Shown here piece by piece: positions 42,401 through 57,400 of a stretch of 64,000 nucleotides of DNA (position 1 is the stretch's first letter; the number at the start of each line of letters is the position of its first letter). Source of the DNA: Lytechinus pictus (Eukaryota); the NCBI RefSeq assembly GCF_037042905.1, contig NC_087251.1:15192001-15256000 (forward strand), written 5' to 3'. The notes under the pieces were generated by a model. That model saw nothing but the letters and a program-made list of their open reading frames with translations, was not told the DNA's origin and made no database searches. Made by a program: the position numbers and the translations under genes.

Positions 42401-45400
42401 TGTATATCTAATGTATGTATATAGTCTACAATATTCATCCAATGATTACCTTATTTGTTAAAACAGTAAATTTAGATCATACTCTGAACCAACTAAGTGT
42501 CATTAATGTTTTGTTTTGTTGTTTTGGTTATGGGAAGTTGTTTGACTATCATATTGATACAGAAACTTCATGGAAATTTTGGAATGCAGTTGTCACTTTG
42601 TGTAAATTCATCAAGAAAGTTCACTTTTTATGATTTAATTTATTTTGAAATCTATTTGTTATATAATCCTACTATCCTATTATATAACTCTGTGAAAATG
42701 GGAGAATCAAAGTATATTTTGCAAAAAATTAACAAGTATTGTTTCCTTTTCTTTACAGGATTTGTACCAGTATGCATGCTCGCAGCTGGTGAGAAGGCAC
42801 ATCTACACTTTGGGCAGGTATGTAGATTGATATACCTTGATTTTTATTCTTGTATCCTACAGGAATATCGCATATACAATGAGCCAGTAATTTTGACTGT
42901 TGTCATGTATTCACTTTCAGATTTTGAAAATTATTGAAATCAAATTTTCAGGTAAAATTAGTAAGATGGGTGATGCGATGTATTGATAACCATCTGCCTA
43001 AGTAGGCTCTTCTGATTAATTTATGGATTTTGTACAAGCCTTGTAGGAATGACAGAATTCAGAAGTCAATAGGTTTGAAAAATGTGTGCAAAGATTTGAA
43101 AATTAAAAAAGTGGAAAGGAGTATGAAAGATACTACAAAATTTATGAATAAGATTGAAAGTCATGGTTAGGCAGTGAATGCATATAAGAGTTTTATTTTC
43201 TTCTTGTTGAAAATTGTGAAATTTTGAATTTTTGAACAAAAAACCCTGTGAAACATCTTTTTGAAATCAAATTCTATCAACTCAAATGTGTAAATTAGCC
43301 CTGGAAAGCTTCATGATTGACCCCTCTATACTTACAATTTGGTGAATTATTATTTTTTTTTCCTCTCACCAGGATGTGAATGATCTGAAATACTTCACTG
43401 TGTGTGGACTACAAGAGGGCTATGAACCATTCTGTGTGTAAGTCTCTATTATTATTCTTGATTCATTCAGCAAATGGATGATATGAGTACATGTAGGTAT
43501 ACTATGAAATATTTTGAAATTCGATGAGTGAGTTTGCAGTTCTGGGTCCAGGAACACAATGCTTAGTGACTGATTGTACAATTGATTCTTATGATTGATC
43601 GTACATTGTGGTCAATGCAATCAATCATAACAAATTGTTCTGCGACTGATCGCTAGACTTGTGTTTCTTGGCCCTAATGTCCATGAGCATTGCATCAGAC
43701 TTGGCAATCTCTCTTATGCATGTACATGTAGTGCCTGAGTTATACATCACATTCATTGTTTTGTGGGGGTGTGTGTGTATGTGTGTTTTTATCTAATGAG
43801 AGTGATTGTAATTAACAGGTGAATTAGTAGTATAAATATAGTCCTGTAAAGACTTTAACAAGTAACCCCTTCGACGTCTCTGAGCTACAATGTACATTGG
43901 GATGATGATATAATGTGCCTTAGCCTGAGGTCGCCATGGTGAAGTTAATTAAATTGAATTTGTAAACTAATTAGAGAAATAATAGATGATCACCCTTTCC
44001 ACCGTCTACAGTGTAGAATAGAAATATTCAATTTGATTAAGTAGAAAGTGAATGAAAGAGATTAATAACTGACAGATCTTGACACAAGACTTAATCAGTC
44101 TTATATTGGGTTATGAAAATCATGGAGATACATGTATAAGATAAATTTAATATGTTTCCTGTATAGAAGAGGGTCACCCATTGCCAACCAACAGGTATAT
44201 GCTGGCCATATCTGTATTGAGCATGATGGAATGTCTGACATTGACAGGTTTTCCAAAATACCTGTTAACCTTGCATGTCTGAAGCTTCTTGACTTTCAGT
44301 CATGCACCTCAACATAATCCTTGACTTGGTTCATGTAACACTCCTACTTTTCATTCTATTCATCTGTAATATAAACCATTCACTTTTCTTGACTGTCCTC
44401 TCATATCAAACTAATCAATGTTATTCATCTCTCACTGTTGCTTCTTTGTTGGTGTCCTACAATTCTGTTATACAGATCAATTGCCAGTGCTTAATCTATT
44501 TTCTTCTGAATTACTTTAAATTTAGACATCATTATGTTTTTGCTCAAACAAATTTTGTTATAATGATGTACATGTATGAAAGCCTGATTTTTGGTATTTA
44601 TTGTTTTCTTGTTTTTCTCTCATATTTTGATATGTTGATTGCCATTGTTTGTAAATATCTCATACTTCTCTCTAACTTTTCTTTAAAAAAAATAAACAAA
44701 GTTATTCATCTCTCATTGTGGCTTTCTTGTGTTCATGTACAACTAAGATGTTATAATGCCTTTGATCTAATGAGTTGACTTTGGTCTACTTATAAGGAAT
44801 ATATAGGACATTTAATCTACTATTTTTCTGACTGATTCTTTTTTTTCTTTTTTCTTTTCTGTTTCTCTCTCATTTCTGATATGTTGTCTGCTGTTGTTTA
44901 TACCGATGCACAGCAATTGTTATTCTCGGTATGTTTCTGTCCACTTTCAGAATTCATTCCTGATCAAAGTCGATGACAAATAATTCATATTATTTGGCTT
45001 TGTTGTTTATTGTATCAGCTTCACTGCAGAAATATGTATGCAATCAGTTATTTTGCAGGTTATCTAAAACCGTCAATATTCTGCCTTTGTATTCTATTTT
45101 CTTATGTGCATGGCAAAGTATGCTATAACCACCCTTTAAAAATTTTCTTTCACCTTACTTTTCTTCGCATACAATATTCCATCGATCACCCTTTGAATAC
45201 ATGCAGTTTAACATTTCCATGTACATCATGGGAAACTAAGCCCACATATATTTTGGTTGGCTGGGCTCCATGGGAAATGCATGTAATAACACAGTCAGCC
45301 AGGTTGTTAGGGAGCCTTAGGAAGTTCCTGGTGCGAACAGAAAATAATTAAAAATAAATAAATAATTGAGGACTACAGATTGTAATTTAATGGTGTGAAA

Positions 45401-48400
45401 AGCTTCTATAATTGAAGATATATTTTTATGAGGCATAATTCAAGATGAAAATTCATTCAGTTATGTCAAAATGAATCTTTAATTGTTTTATATTTTGCAT
45501 TTTGTGTCTTTTGGATATCATCGCAACTGATATTCATGAACTTTTTTATCCAAGCAATTTATTCAATCAAATGCTCTTTATACACGTTTTTATTTCTTCT
45601 TTATCTCTTCTTTCCTTATTGTACATGTGTTTGTATTTGACAACCTGTCCAGTTTCTTTCCTGTATGTTTTCTTTTCTTTTGATATTTAGAAGAGAAATG
45701 GATACACTTTTAGCCAACTTTATGAAAATAAAAACATTGACTGAACAAATAGTATTTTATGTTTTGTAGTTTAATAGCATCACTTTTTTAATGTAGAGGT
45801 GCATTTTAGCTTTGCAATATACTTTGCCAGATTTTTAAATGAAAGTTTGTGAATTTGTCACAAAGTGGTCCATTTACTTTAGCACTGTGAACACGTGCTT
45901 CAGATAGATGTTCAGTTTACATTATGTAGTTGTATAGAGGGCAAACATTATTGGTATTATTGGTATTTCACAAATGTAAGAGTGATTATTCAAAGTTTTA
46001 TGCAATACTTGGAGTTTTTTGGTAAGTGTAGACCTATTGTAAATAGTGTGTAGTCAAGTCATATGTACATATGTTTACCCATTTTCTTAGAGAAATAGAC
46101 ATGTCACGCTAAAAAATTTGCATCATACAAATAAGCAGTAAAGGCTGCAAAAGTGTGAAAGTATACATTTATTATTTTCCTTTTAATGTTTTAGGTTCAA
46201 GTGTCATTGAAATTAAATGGGAGAATATATAGAAAAAGATCCCCATCTACCATATGGCTTCATAAACATGCTTCAAAAAAGAAAAAAAAGAGAAATTGAC
46301 TACATGTATATCATACATAAGCAACTGGTATTCCTTTTTTGCAACCACTAGAAATGGATTTATAAGAAAACATTTTTTCCTAGTAATATTGCAGTTGATT
46401 GACCATAAACAATGGTGAAGGCTAGCTTTTACTCCTCATTTTCTTGCATATTTTACCATAAATGTCTGATACAGTTGATTGATCTTTTCTGCAGTTTATA
46501 TACTATTTTTCATGCTCTTTATGATTTGACCAATGTAAAACAAAATAAAGAAGTTTCTGGATTGTTTCTAAAGAATCCATAACTTTTGATTTCAGTCACT
46601 ATGCAAAACCATCTAAATGAAATTTGATAAGGGAGGAAATGTGATGTTTGTCATGGCAAAAATATATTGTTGCAAATCACTATCTAAAATGGAAGTACCA
46701 TGAATTAAACAGAACATTCTATATTCCTTAAAAAATATATTCAACATGGTTTTTTTGCTTCATTTTAGACAATGCATTTGAACACTTTCTAGATAAAAAT
46801 CGCTAGTAACATTCAAAGATAATTGAAAATTGCTGCAGATCCAGAATCAGTGCATGTGAAAAAAAAAAACATGTTAATTAATACCATCATCATTTCCTTT
46901 GTTTATTCCACTTTTTATTATTTTTATATACCTGCATATCATCTTAATGTAACAGAGCTAACATAAACAGGGAGAAACATTCTAGAAATATGTTTGAGAA
47001 TGTATAGGATTGCTTGCTTTGATGTATTTTAAAGGGTAAATATTATTTGGTTTTCATATTCTGTTGTATCACTAATTTGTATGAATATTTACAGGAACAT
47101 GAAGAAGTCAATGCCCCTGTGGTACTCTAAGAGTCAGCCTATGTTCCAGTCTATTATTGAAGATGAACATGATAGATTAGGAGTCACCAGGATACCAGCT
47201 GGGTTAGTAGCACTAGCTCTTGCTTACTCTTCTTGCCCCCATCCTCCCCTTTCCCTCATGCTCCTTTGCATTTGATTTCTACTCTTTCTTATCATACTTT
47301 GACTTCTTTTATTCCTCCTCCTCCTCTTTAATCCCTGTAATTTCCTTTTTTTGTACTTATTCTTCTTCTGTTACTCCTCTTCGTATTGTCCTTATTCTTC
47401 TCCTTTCAATTGTCCATGTTCTCCTCATCATCACGCTCATTCCTTGCATCCTCATTCTCATCAATTCTTGTCCTCTTTTGTTACCTCTTCTTTCTCCTTC
47501 CTCTTATCACTATTTCCTTCTTGTTCTTTTTTTAATCATTCTCTTTTCCTCTTTCATTTCCTCATCTTTCCTCTTTTCCCTTGTCATCATTTTCTCCATT
47601 CTATTCTTCATTCTCTGTCTCCTTTAGTTCCTATTCTCCCTCTTCTTCCTCCCATTCTTATATTCCCTGTCTGTTAATCCCGTCCTTCTGCATCTCTGTT
47701 TAAATAATATAATGATTCATTTATTGATGCTGAATAGTCATTAAAGACCACTCAAGGGAGACAAGAAAAGTTGTTTTGATAGGCAAGTAGTCTTTATGGA
47801 CAGGTTTCCCTATTATACATGTATATGCTCTGTAAGAAAATAGATAGAAATTTGTAAACAGGAGGTCTTTAATAAGAAATAAACCTCAAACAGAGGTTTG
47901 CTGCATTTTCTTCTGAATTGTGTGTTTATGAATGTATTTTTTCTTTGCAGTATCGAGGGTCCACCTTGTTTGAAGGTGTCCCACAAGAAGTGTGGTACCG
48001 TGGAGAACCTACCAACAGAATACCTTCGTCTGAGTATGCCTGTGGTCTGCAAGGATTTCCCTACAAGGTAGGTTAGACACAACTGTCCTTTCTTCATATC
48101 ATAACTGCATAATCTAGTAATGAGTTGGAATAGTGACATGCACCGTAAGGGGGGTATTCAAATAAGTTTTAAACTTATTTAGTGTTGTAATGAGGTGGTA
48201 CTCTCGTGCGTTTTGTTTATATTAGTATATGCACTATGGTATTCCACTGAAGTGGGGTCAGGAGTTCATGGAATATGTTTCTACACGTATGTGTGAATAA
48301 ATGACTATTCTCTTTGATTTAACAGTGGCGAGATGGTTCTGTCTATCCCAGTACCCATCCTTTCACCTGGTAACAAGCGTGGTCAGTGGATCCAGCATGG

Positions 48401-51400
48401 TGCGGCTAGTCTAGACCTTAGTGAGTCAGACTCCATCGATGGATCCAACCGTAGGGCTAGGTCTGGTCTGGACAAGATGGGTAAGACTCAGGGAAAGGTC
48501 ATTCTTTACACATAATCTCATATTTAGTTCTTATAGTGGGGACTGTTTCATAAAGCTGATCTTAAAGTAACAAACAATCTTACAAATGACTGGAATATCA
48601 TAAACAAAGAGGGTATCTCAATCAATTTAAATTGGGCAACTTTTCATAGTGTATGTAGGTCTGCCCCCTATTTGTGGGACCTTCCTGAAATGATTATTCA
48701 TTGTGTAGTAGGTTATATGAAAGTTGTAAAGCTCTCAAATTATAATGGCTTGACCCGTTCATGAAATGAAGTAAATATGGAGGGGAAAAATGGGGTCATT
48801 CATACAAAAAGGTTGATTATTTAATACCCACTTGCATATGCTAAAGTTGAAATACATGTTTGTAGAAAGTGTTTGGTAATTTCAATGTTGAGACACATTT
48901 TTAGGGCAAATAATTTGTTTAGTCTTTTTGTTTATATCCATGTAGTAATAGGAATGATCAGATTTTCTTGAAATGTTAGGGAAAATGTGGGTTCAATTTT
49001 TGGCACTTCATACTCCAGTCTTACGTAAAGTCATGCATATCTTCATGAATGGCCTTATGAAACACCACCCAAAGTCCACAATTAACCCCCAATAATACAC
49101 ATACATGTACATGTAGATCCTATATATTTATGGGGTATTTATAACTCCTCTAGCATGTTTGATTTAACCTAATTTTTATCATCAGGGTCTTTGCTTATAT
49201 CATGATTATGCACATTGCTAATATTCATGCATGTCTAATAATTTTTATTAATGGTTTCACTGTAGAGAGGCAATATAGTTCAGTGAGAAGTGAAAAAGCT
49301 CTTTAGTCTATAAGAGAGAGATGTTCAACGAAAATAGCTTTATTTTATATTAATGTTACATGTATATAAACTCTAAAAAATTGTATTGCTGAAAAGAGAA
49401 TACATTATGAATACTTGGATTAAAAGAGAATACAACTGACAACTAGTGCAGTATTTTAATTGCCATGACTGTAAAATAAACATTTTTTCTTTTATTCTTA
49501 AAGGGAATTCTTTCATTAAATTAATTTGAGATTAACTAAATCCTTGATTTAATATAATTTGAAATATGTGATGTGTGCTCTTGAAAATTCGAATTTAGCG
49601 CTTGAGAGTAAAAAGGCAAGTGTGTGCTGAGTTTGAATGAAATCTTTTAACATTTTCAAGCGTGGTTGAAATGGCAATACTAACCTTTCACATCTTTGAT
49701 ATTTCTTCATCAACATTTTTTTGTTTTGTTCCCATCGAGGTGTACTAATCCTGTTTGCCGTGCCTATTTACCGTGTGCATTGTTTACAGTGGTTACTAAC
49801 GGTTACAGGAGCAGCACCTTGGAGAGTGACTCTGATTTTGACACGAGTGTCCCCGACCCCAAGCCAACACCACCCCCTTCCAATCATCATCCCCATCATC
49901 ACAAGGGCCGTCGTCACAGGCTATTACAGAGTAATTCTCATTTATCCTGTGTTTCATGTTTGTCTGCTGTGATTACATGTAGTTTATTACGTTTGTGATA
50001 ATAGATTATGGGTTTTTCAAAAGGTGATCAATTTCTGAAACTGATGTTTCCCTGCCATGTATAATTCAAAATATGAGCTGAAAATAAAGCAAAGATACTA
50101 CATTTGAAATGTTTTCAAACAATACACCTTTATGTAAAAAAGTTTTGTTTAGTACAGTGTATTTTCATGACCCAATAGAGGGCTATTAATATAGTCTACC
50201 CTTAAGTAGAAAAATAATCTCATATTTGATACCAAAATCATTTATTCAAAGATCTTATTGATATCGATATTGACTTATTAATATACCAAAAATGTTCACA
50301 TGATTACATGTTGTAATGAAACAAATCACAGATGTTTTTTTATTCATACTTCCTCTCTTCCTTCTTAAAATTTTATGGATTTGTCAGATGTTTCTTTTCT
50401 TTGAGAACAAACAACCATCAGTCCCATTGTTTGAATGTTTATCTGTTTGTTTGTATTGTTTGTTTGTATTATTTGTTTGTTTGTTTGTATTGTTTGTTTG
50501 TTTGTTTGTTTGATATATATTTGATCTAAGGGGAAGGGGGGGAACATATATGTTGAGAAAAGCAGTATAAGTGAATTTCCTTGTTGAAAACCAAGGAATA
50601 AATAAATTCACAATTTGAATTAAGATAAGGAGATAGAGACATTTCTCTTAATTCTGTGTTCTTGCATGAATCTTGATATATAAGAAAGCAGGCAATAAAG
50701 CAGTTTCGCTTCTTTTACATGAAATATATACGCAAGGAACCACAACAAAATTCGAGTCCAGATAATGCAAGATTAGAAGAATGAAATGAGTCTAGGTGAT
50801 CCTTTCATAAAGCTGTTTGAATGTTATGCACAACTAGTGCCCTTTCTTCTGCTCTATGTTTTCCTTGTTTAAACATAGTGGGGGTGCATTTGCCATAATC
50901 TTAATCAAATCTTGCAAATATTTAAGTTTAAGTCCAGGTGCTTGTAAAAAAAGTGGTAATTTTAACTTACAAAAATCAGATTTCAGCTGTAGCGGAGGAA
51001 ATAAAAATGATTGCAAATCTAGTCAAATCTAGTTTAACATCCAAGATAAATCTCCAGTCGTTATTTAAGTTGTACATTTGTAACTTACAAACAGCTGTAT
51101 GAAACACAGCCTAGATACATGTAGGATTCCTGATATAAGCTGCCACATACAATGGATCAGACTTTTGTTGAGGGTCCTATCTTAGAATTAGTGAATATAA
51201 TGCAAGTCAAATATTAAGCAATATCCAGTTAAACTAACTTATATTACTATCAATGCAATATATCTGCATTATTTAATTATGGAGACTAATTTATACTCTT
51301 TATAAACATTTTGCAAAGGTGCTTCATCTTAAATTTCATAAATATAATGCAAATCAAATACTAAGAAATATTTGATCATATATAATCCTTTTATATGATT

Positions 51401-54400
51401 TTTTTCTATGGAAGCAATATAAGCATATTAGAATTGAAGCTTGTACTCTTCATAAACTCTTTGTGAAGGTGCTTTGTCTAGATGTAGTGAATATAATGCA
51501 AATCAAATACTAAGCAATATTCACTTATTTCTTTTTACCATCAAAGCAATGTATCTGCATTATAAAATTAGGGGAGCTAGTTTATTATGTTCTTTATAAA
51601 CCTTTTTGCTCCTTGTTGGATTGTCTTGTACTTCAATTTGATTTGCATGAAAAAAAATCTGTCCAAAAATTTGATAAAACAGGTGTTGAATAAGTTTAAC
51701 AAATGTAAAAAAAAAAAACCCAAAACAGTTGGTCTTGCATGACAGTTCTAGATTGAAATTGAATGCATAACACAAATCATTGTACTGTAACCATGTTCTA
51801 TGAGCTGTTGTATATGAAAATTGTCTAATCATGCGTTTCAATGAATATCCCCTTCCTAATCATTGTAAAAGAAAAAAATCAAAAAGCCTGTTTGTTTGTC
51901 TAATAAACTGCAATGTTTTTTACCCTTTATTATAATTGTGTTTTTAAAAGGTCATGATTTTTTAGTAAATATTTTCATAATTTTCCCTGAAATTCGTGAT
52001 TTAATGGAAATTATTCGAGGGAAATAAACCTGTGTTCTTTATAGACAGGGGATCACTCTATACAGGTATCCCCTAAAGCAGGTTTGGCTGTGTTAACTAT
52101 ATATTTCATATATGGAAATATTGTGCTTTGATCTGACTGCCTTTGATGACATTTTTTTTAAAGGTTAGGTTAAGACCCATTTAAAACCCATATCCCCTCC
52201 ATGCACAGCCCCTCCCCCCTTCATCCGTTCTATAAAATATTTGTACTGTTTGGCACTCCATTACATGTATAACTGCCATTGTGTTGTATGTTTCCAACAT
52301 ACTCCATTCAGCCATACCCGATGTGGTACAGTTATTGATAAGCGAAGGTAAAGTCCTATTCACAAATATCTGTGATGATGTTGTTTTTACTCTTTTCATC
52401 GTGCTTTCTCTTTATCATATTCTATTTTTTTTCTAATTCATTCTATTCTAATTTAATCGCTCATTTCAACATTGCTGCCATATTAACATTAATTGCTTTT
52501 TGTATTTACTCATTAACTGAGCTGATTCTATTAATGTCTGTACCAATAAAAAGCAGTATATTTTTCTTGCTTACAAGAATTACAATGCCATTGTTGACCT
52601 ATGGCTTACTATTGAAATGTGCTTGGTTTTTATCGATTCCATTTACTCAAATGTACATTTAGAGCACTATACACAATGTTTATTTATTTTTTATATATCA
52701 TGAATGAATCTGGAATTGCTTGTTTCATAATATTCCTATGCAGCCAACTGTTATGAGTTCATGTTCATATGTAGACTTTGCTTTGGGCATTTGTTATTTT
52801 CTAATTATTTTATTACGGATTCATATTTTTTGTTTTGTATTCATTGCTACCGTCATCTTATCATTATAATTGCAATTTCAATTACTAAATATCAGTAGAC
52901 ATGTAGCATTATGATATTTATCATCATTATCATATAAAATTCATCACCACCACTACCGTGATCATCTCCTTCCGCTCTGCTTCTCTCCTTTGTTGCATCT
53001 TTTCTTTATTAAAGAACTTATTTTGTTCCTTACCTCCGAAATATCAATTTACCAATTGGTTCTTCTACATATGTACAAATCCTGATGTCTTGACTATTAA
53101 TCATTTGTTATATAACTGATAGAATGATAGGCTCATATTTTTATGTTACTGTTTATAGCCTGAGCCAAAATTAAGAATTGTTTATGTTTTTCAAGTTTAT
53201 CTATTCTATTTGCATGGAGGTTATTCCTACTACTTTGGGAAACCAGACTTTTATTAATCCATCCTCTTTAAGGATTAAAAATGAAGAAAAACTTATCTTT
53301 TAGAACATAGTCCAGGTTTTCTCAACACTTCTGTCTTGCATTAGGTTTTGTTTTATGCTTTTTGGTTGCAGTGGCTCATTTACATATCTTTATATTATTG
53401 CTTTATCTGCATGCATTCCTTCCTACGTTTTGCTATCTAAATGAAGATGCAGTATACATTTAATAGTTAAAAAAAATACTGTAAACATGAATGTTTCATT
53501 GAACCATCATTGAAGTCAAGTTGAATATTTCATTGTTTTCATCAGAACTTGAGGTTTGTATGCTGTATATTAAATGGAGTCACTTTTACACACAGGAATT
53601 AAAAAAGAAACAGTTTGAAGTATTAAAGGCTTATTATGCATGGTTATGTCAGTGTTTGTAAAAAAAAATACTACAAGAAGTACTTGTAATTCAGCCTCAT
53701 CTTCAAGAATGCTTATTTCTCTTTACAGGAAAATATCTGCCATTCTTTAATTGATTTTGGTCTGTTGTACTCTATTGCAGAACACAAGGTGATAGATACT
53801 GATGCTATAGATGTAGATGGAAGAGTCAATGGCTACAATGGAGATACCAAAGAACTCACCAAGAAAGAGAAGAAGAAACTAGCCTCTCTTCCTCTAGGAC
53901 GCAAGATCCCTATGTCCCGTGCTGCCTCCAGCGAAACATCCACCGTCCAGTCCCCCGACTCCTCCTTCGAGCGGTCTGGCCCTTCTCCTGCCAAGTCCAA
54001 GCGGAGCAAGTTCACCAAGAGTGCCAGCATGGATTCCGGTGCCAAACACCCTGAGGATACTCTTGCCAAACCCTCAGGGTATGAGGTCGACGGTCAGCGC
54101 AGTCCTGGAGCTGCTAGGCGGGGGAAGAAGTCAGACAGGCTGAGGACACCGGAAGCATCACCTCCCGGTACCCTGACCCGCGAGTACATCCCGTTGAAGA
54201 GTGACAATGAAGGGTCGGTTGGGTCCGACAACCACGGTCGCCCTCGCCTGGCCAAGCTGAACTCGATGGGAAGCAGCTTCGATGTCTTCAGCAAGTCCAT
54301 TGACATCATGTCTGATATCAGTGAGGCTGATTCCATTGACCTGAGCGTGATGACCAAGTTCTATTTCTCTGTTAGGATCTTTCCAGGTCAAGATCCGACT

Positions 54401-57400
54401 GATATCCATGTTGGATGGGTCACACCAGGATACCATCACTACTCACCTCACTTTGATCCTTCTAAGACCAGTGAAGTCACCGTCAACATGCTTGGAGAGA
54501 ATGGAGGAATTCAAGAAACGTAATCATTGTTCATTTATTCTTTTACATTTTATTTTATTTTCACTTTGCTCATGTTTGATGGGTTTGTATTATCCCTATT
54601 AATTATTATAAGCAGATTCAATTTACATACATATGTAGGTGTCAATAATTATAGGATTTTTTGTTGTTGAATTGTTAGATGAATTTTATGTGAGCCTAGT
54701 TTCTAGATATTCTTTATTTGTTGCTGTATTGACATCTAATTTATCATGTTATTCTGACATGAAAACACACATGGTATGTTAAGCATAAGCTCATTCATGA
54801 CTATGTACAAGCCCCGTCCCCAAGCATGAATTTATCAGTGTGACAATGCAACCAGGAGTTGAACTGAACATTACAATCACATTTAAACTATTTAGAAACA
54901 ATTCCACCACTATTCATGACAATATCTTATACTACTAATACTATCATTATCCTGAAATTCTTTTGCCCACTTTATAATCAAACCACATCTAGGTCCAAGA
55001 GGCGTGACTGCTTCACAGTGTGTGTTGGTGACCACATGGATCTGCTCATCACACCTGAAGGGCGTAGGATCTCATCAGGCTTGGTTGTTGGATGTATCGT
55101 GGATGCTTCCAACGGTGAACTCAATTTCACTATCAACGGTAGAGATATCAGCACCAAATATCAGGTGGGTAACTGGATATTGAATTCACAGCTGGGCCCC
55201 ATTGCATAAACATTGCAATTACGGTAACTTTGATGATGAAGATATACTAATGCTGTTATTTATTTTTTTTTATTTAGGTTGAACCAAAGACCAAGCTATT
55301 TCCAGCTGTGTTTGTGAAACCCACCAGTAAGGAGATGCTCCAGTTTGAACTTGGGAGGTCAAAGGTCAGAATTGTCTTCAATCATATTTCTTTATTTTAT
55401 TTAACCTGGGGACAGTGTCTCAGCACTTCCATAAGACATAAGACTTTCTCTTTTGGCATCTCATAGAAATGTGTTATAAAATTCCGCCAACCCAGCCCAA
55501 AACCCACAATTTTACCGCCATCCATACATGTGGCTCTCAACAACAAGTCAGAATATCAGTTGCACACATGGAGGCTCCCTAAAGTCAATATTTAGAGAAA
55601 ACTATTAGTTATTTCCTCTACAAATTCTTCAAATACAAGGTACATATAATACAAAAAGTTACATGGTATTGGGTTAATCAATTATCAGTTATCAGTCAAT
55701 CTATCATTCTAAAGCTTAGGATCTGCATTTCCGGACTGAATATTTATGAAAAACAAGAATTTCATTTTATCCAGCTTACTGTGGGTTTTAAATTCAGCGA
55801 TCACAATTAAGACATATGTCTATGGGATGACCACGAAGTTAGACTTTGGATGTTTTGTTAAAACTAGTCATTGATAATAAGACACATTGCTTCACACAAG
55901 TAAATGCATCAAATATATTATTTTTCAGTGTTTTGCACAATTCATAAACTTTTATACAGACACTGTAGGATTGCACTTCTCTCGAAATTTGGTTCAAGCG
56001 GAAGGCTTGATATATGCATTGACATGTACCATATAACTCTTGGTTCTAATCTAATGTTTGAAATTCAAACCTGTTAACAGATTTCAGTTATGGAGATTCA
56101 TTTGTCTGAATCTTATGTTTGATAATTTACTGTAATGTCTGATGTCATGTCCTTCAGCACTATTTGAGTGTGACATAAACAAGAAAATAAGTGTTGTCAT
56201 CTTTTAAACCAAATGTGGAAAAGGCAGAATTAGAATATTTAGAACATTTTCTTTTTTAATGATTGAAAATATAAGGTGTAGTAAAGCTGTTGCCTTAACT
56301 TGTAGTCCACCAGGATGGGCCTGTATTCATTTCCAAAATGCATGATTACTTCTTTGCTAATGCACCAAGAAATATGTATCTATTATATACATGAATATGT
56401 ATTATATACATGTAGATGCATCACCCGCACATATTATCAATTTGCAAGAGACTAAGTTAGTTTTATTTGACAATGATATATATTCAAATGCATAGATTTG
56501 AGTGAATGATGAAAATGTGAAAATATTGAGACTATGTTACGATATTTACGCAACCATTCAGATTGGATGTTAGAAATTTGCATATGATGCATGTTTTGCA
56601 TGATTCTCAGATTCTGGAGAGACGATCCAGCTCAGTGCAATCAGAATTCGCTCATATGAGCGTCAATCAGGTGAATGTATGCCTCCCTCTATAGCTAGCA
56701 ATTCATCAGTGCTCATTTCAATTTTGGCATATATTGCTCTTAATCCATGCGCTTTAGATCTCCATTAGTTTTAAGAAAGTGTTCATTGATTAACTCATCG
56801 CCTACAGAAACTGTTTGCATCACAGTTTTGGTGAATTACCACATGGTCTCAATTATACATGTACATGTACAACCGGTAGGATGCGAAAGATATTGTATGT
56901 TTGAATTTGCCAGCGCCATAATGAGGCTGCGATGAGTGCAAGGAATGCTCCCCAGGGAGTAGAAATTGTGCACTTTTCGTGTGGGATTGAAATGAATCCA
57001 ATGACCGGGGTAATAATATGCTGTAACGCGCTTTGGGCCATTCTGGGAAAAGCGCTTTATAAAAATTGGCTATTATTATTATTATTATTACATATGATGG
57101 TTTATTTCATTTGGTTTAATGCCAATTCATCCAATTGCCAACTCGTCGACTACCATTTGGTCTACCATCAGTTCGTCCAATATCAACTTGGTCTAATTGC
57201 CATTTCGTCCACTTGCCATTTGGTCTAATTAGACAAAGTGTTAATCGGGCAAATAAATGAAAATAAGACTACTATTAGACCAACTGGTTATTAGAAGAAA
57301 TGGTCATAGACGAACTGGTGATTAGATGAAGTGATGATTGGACTAAATGGTTATCAGACCAACTGGTTGTGAGACAAAATGTTGATGGACAGAATGACAT

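Noticed and set aside
44167..44194. Exon-like 28-nt segment (tatag|...|gtatat) in the 3.6 kb intron
   Set aside because: Not a multiple of 3, would shift frame; flanking exons already join in phase.
53833..54439. Several minus-strand and alternate-frame ORFs
   Set aside because: Shadows of the GC-rich 739-nt RyR exon.
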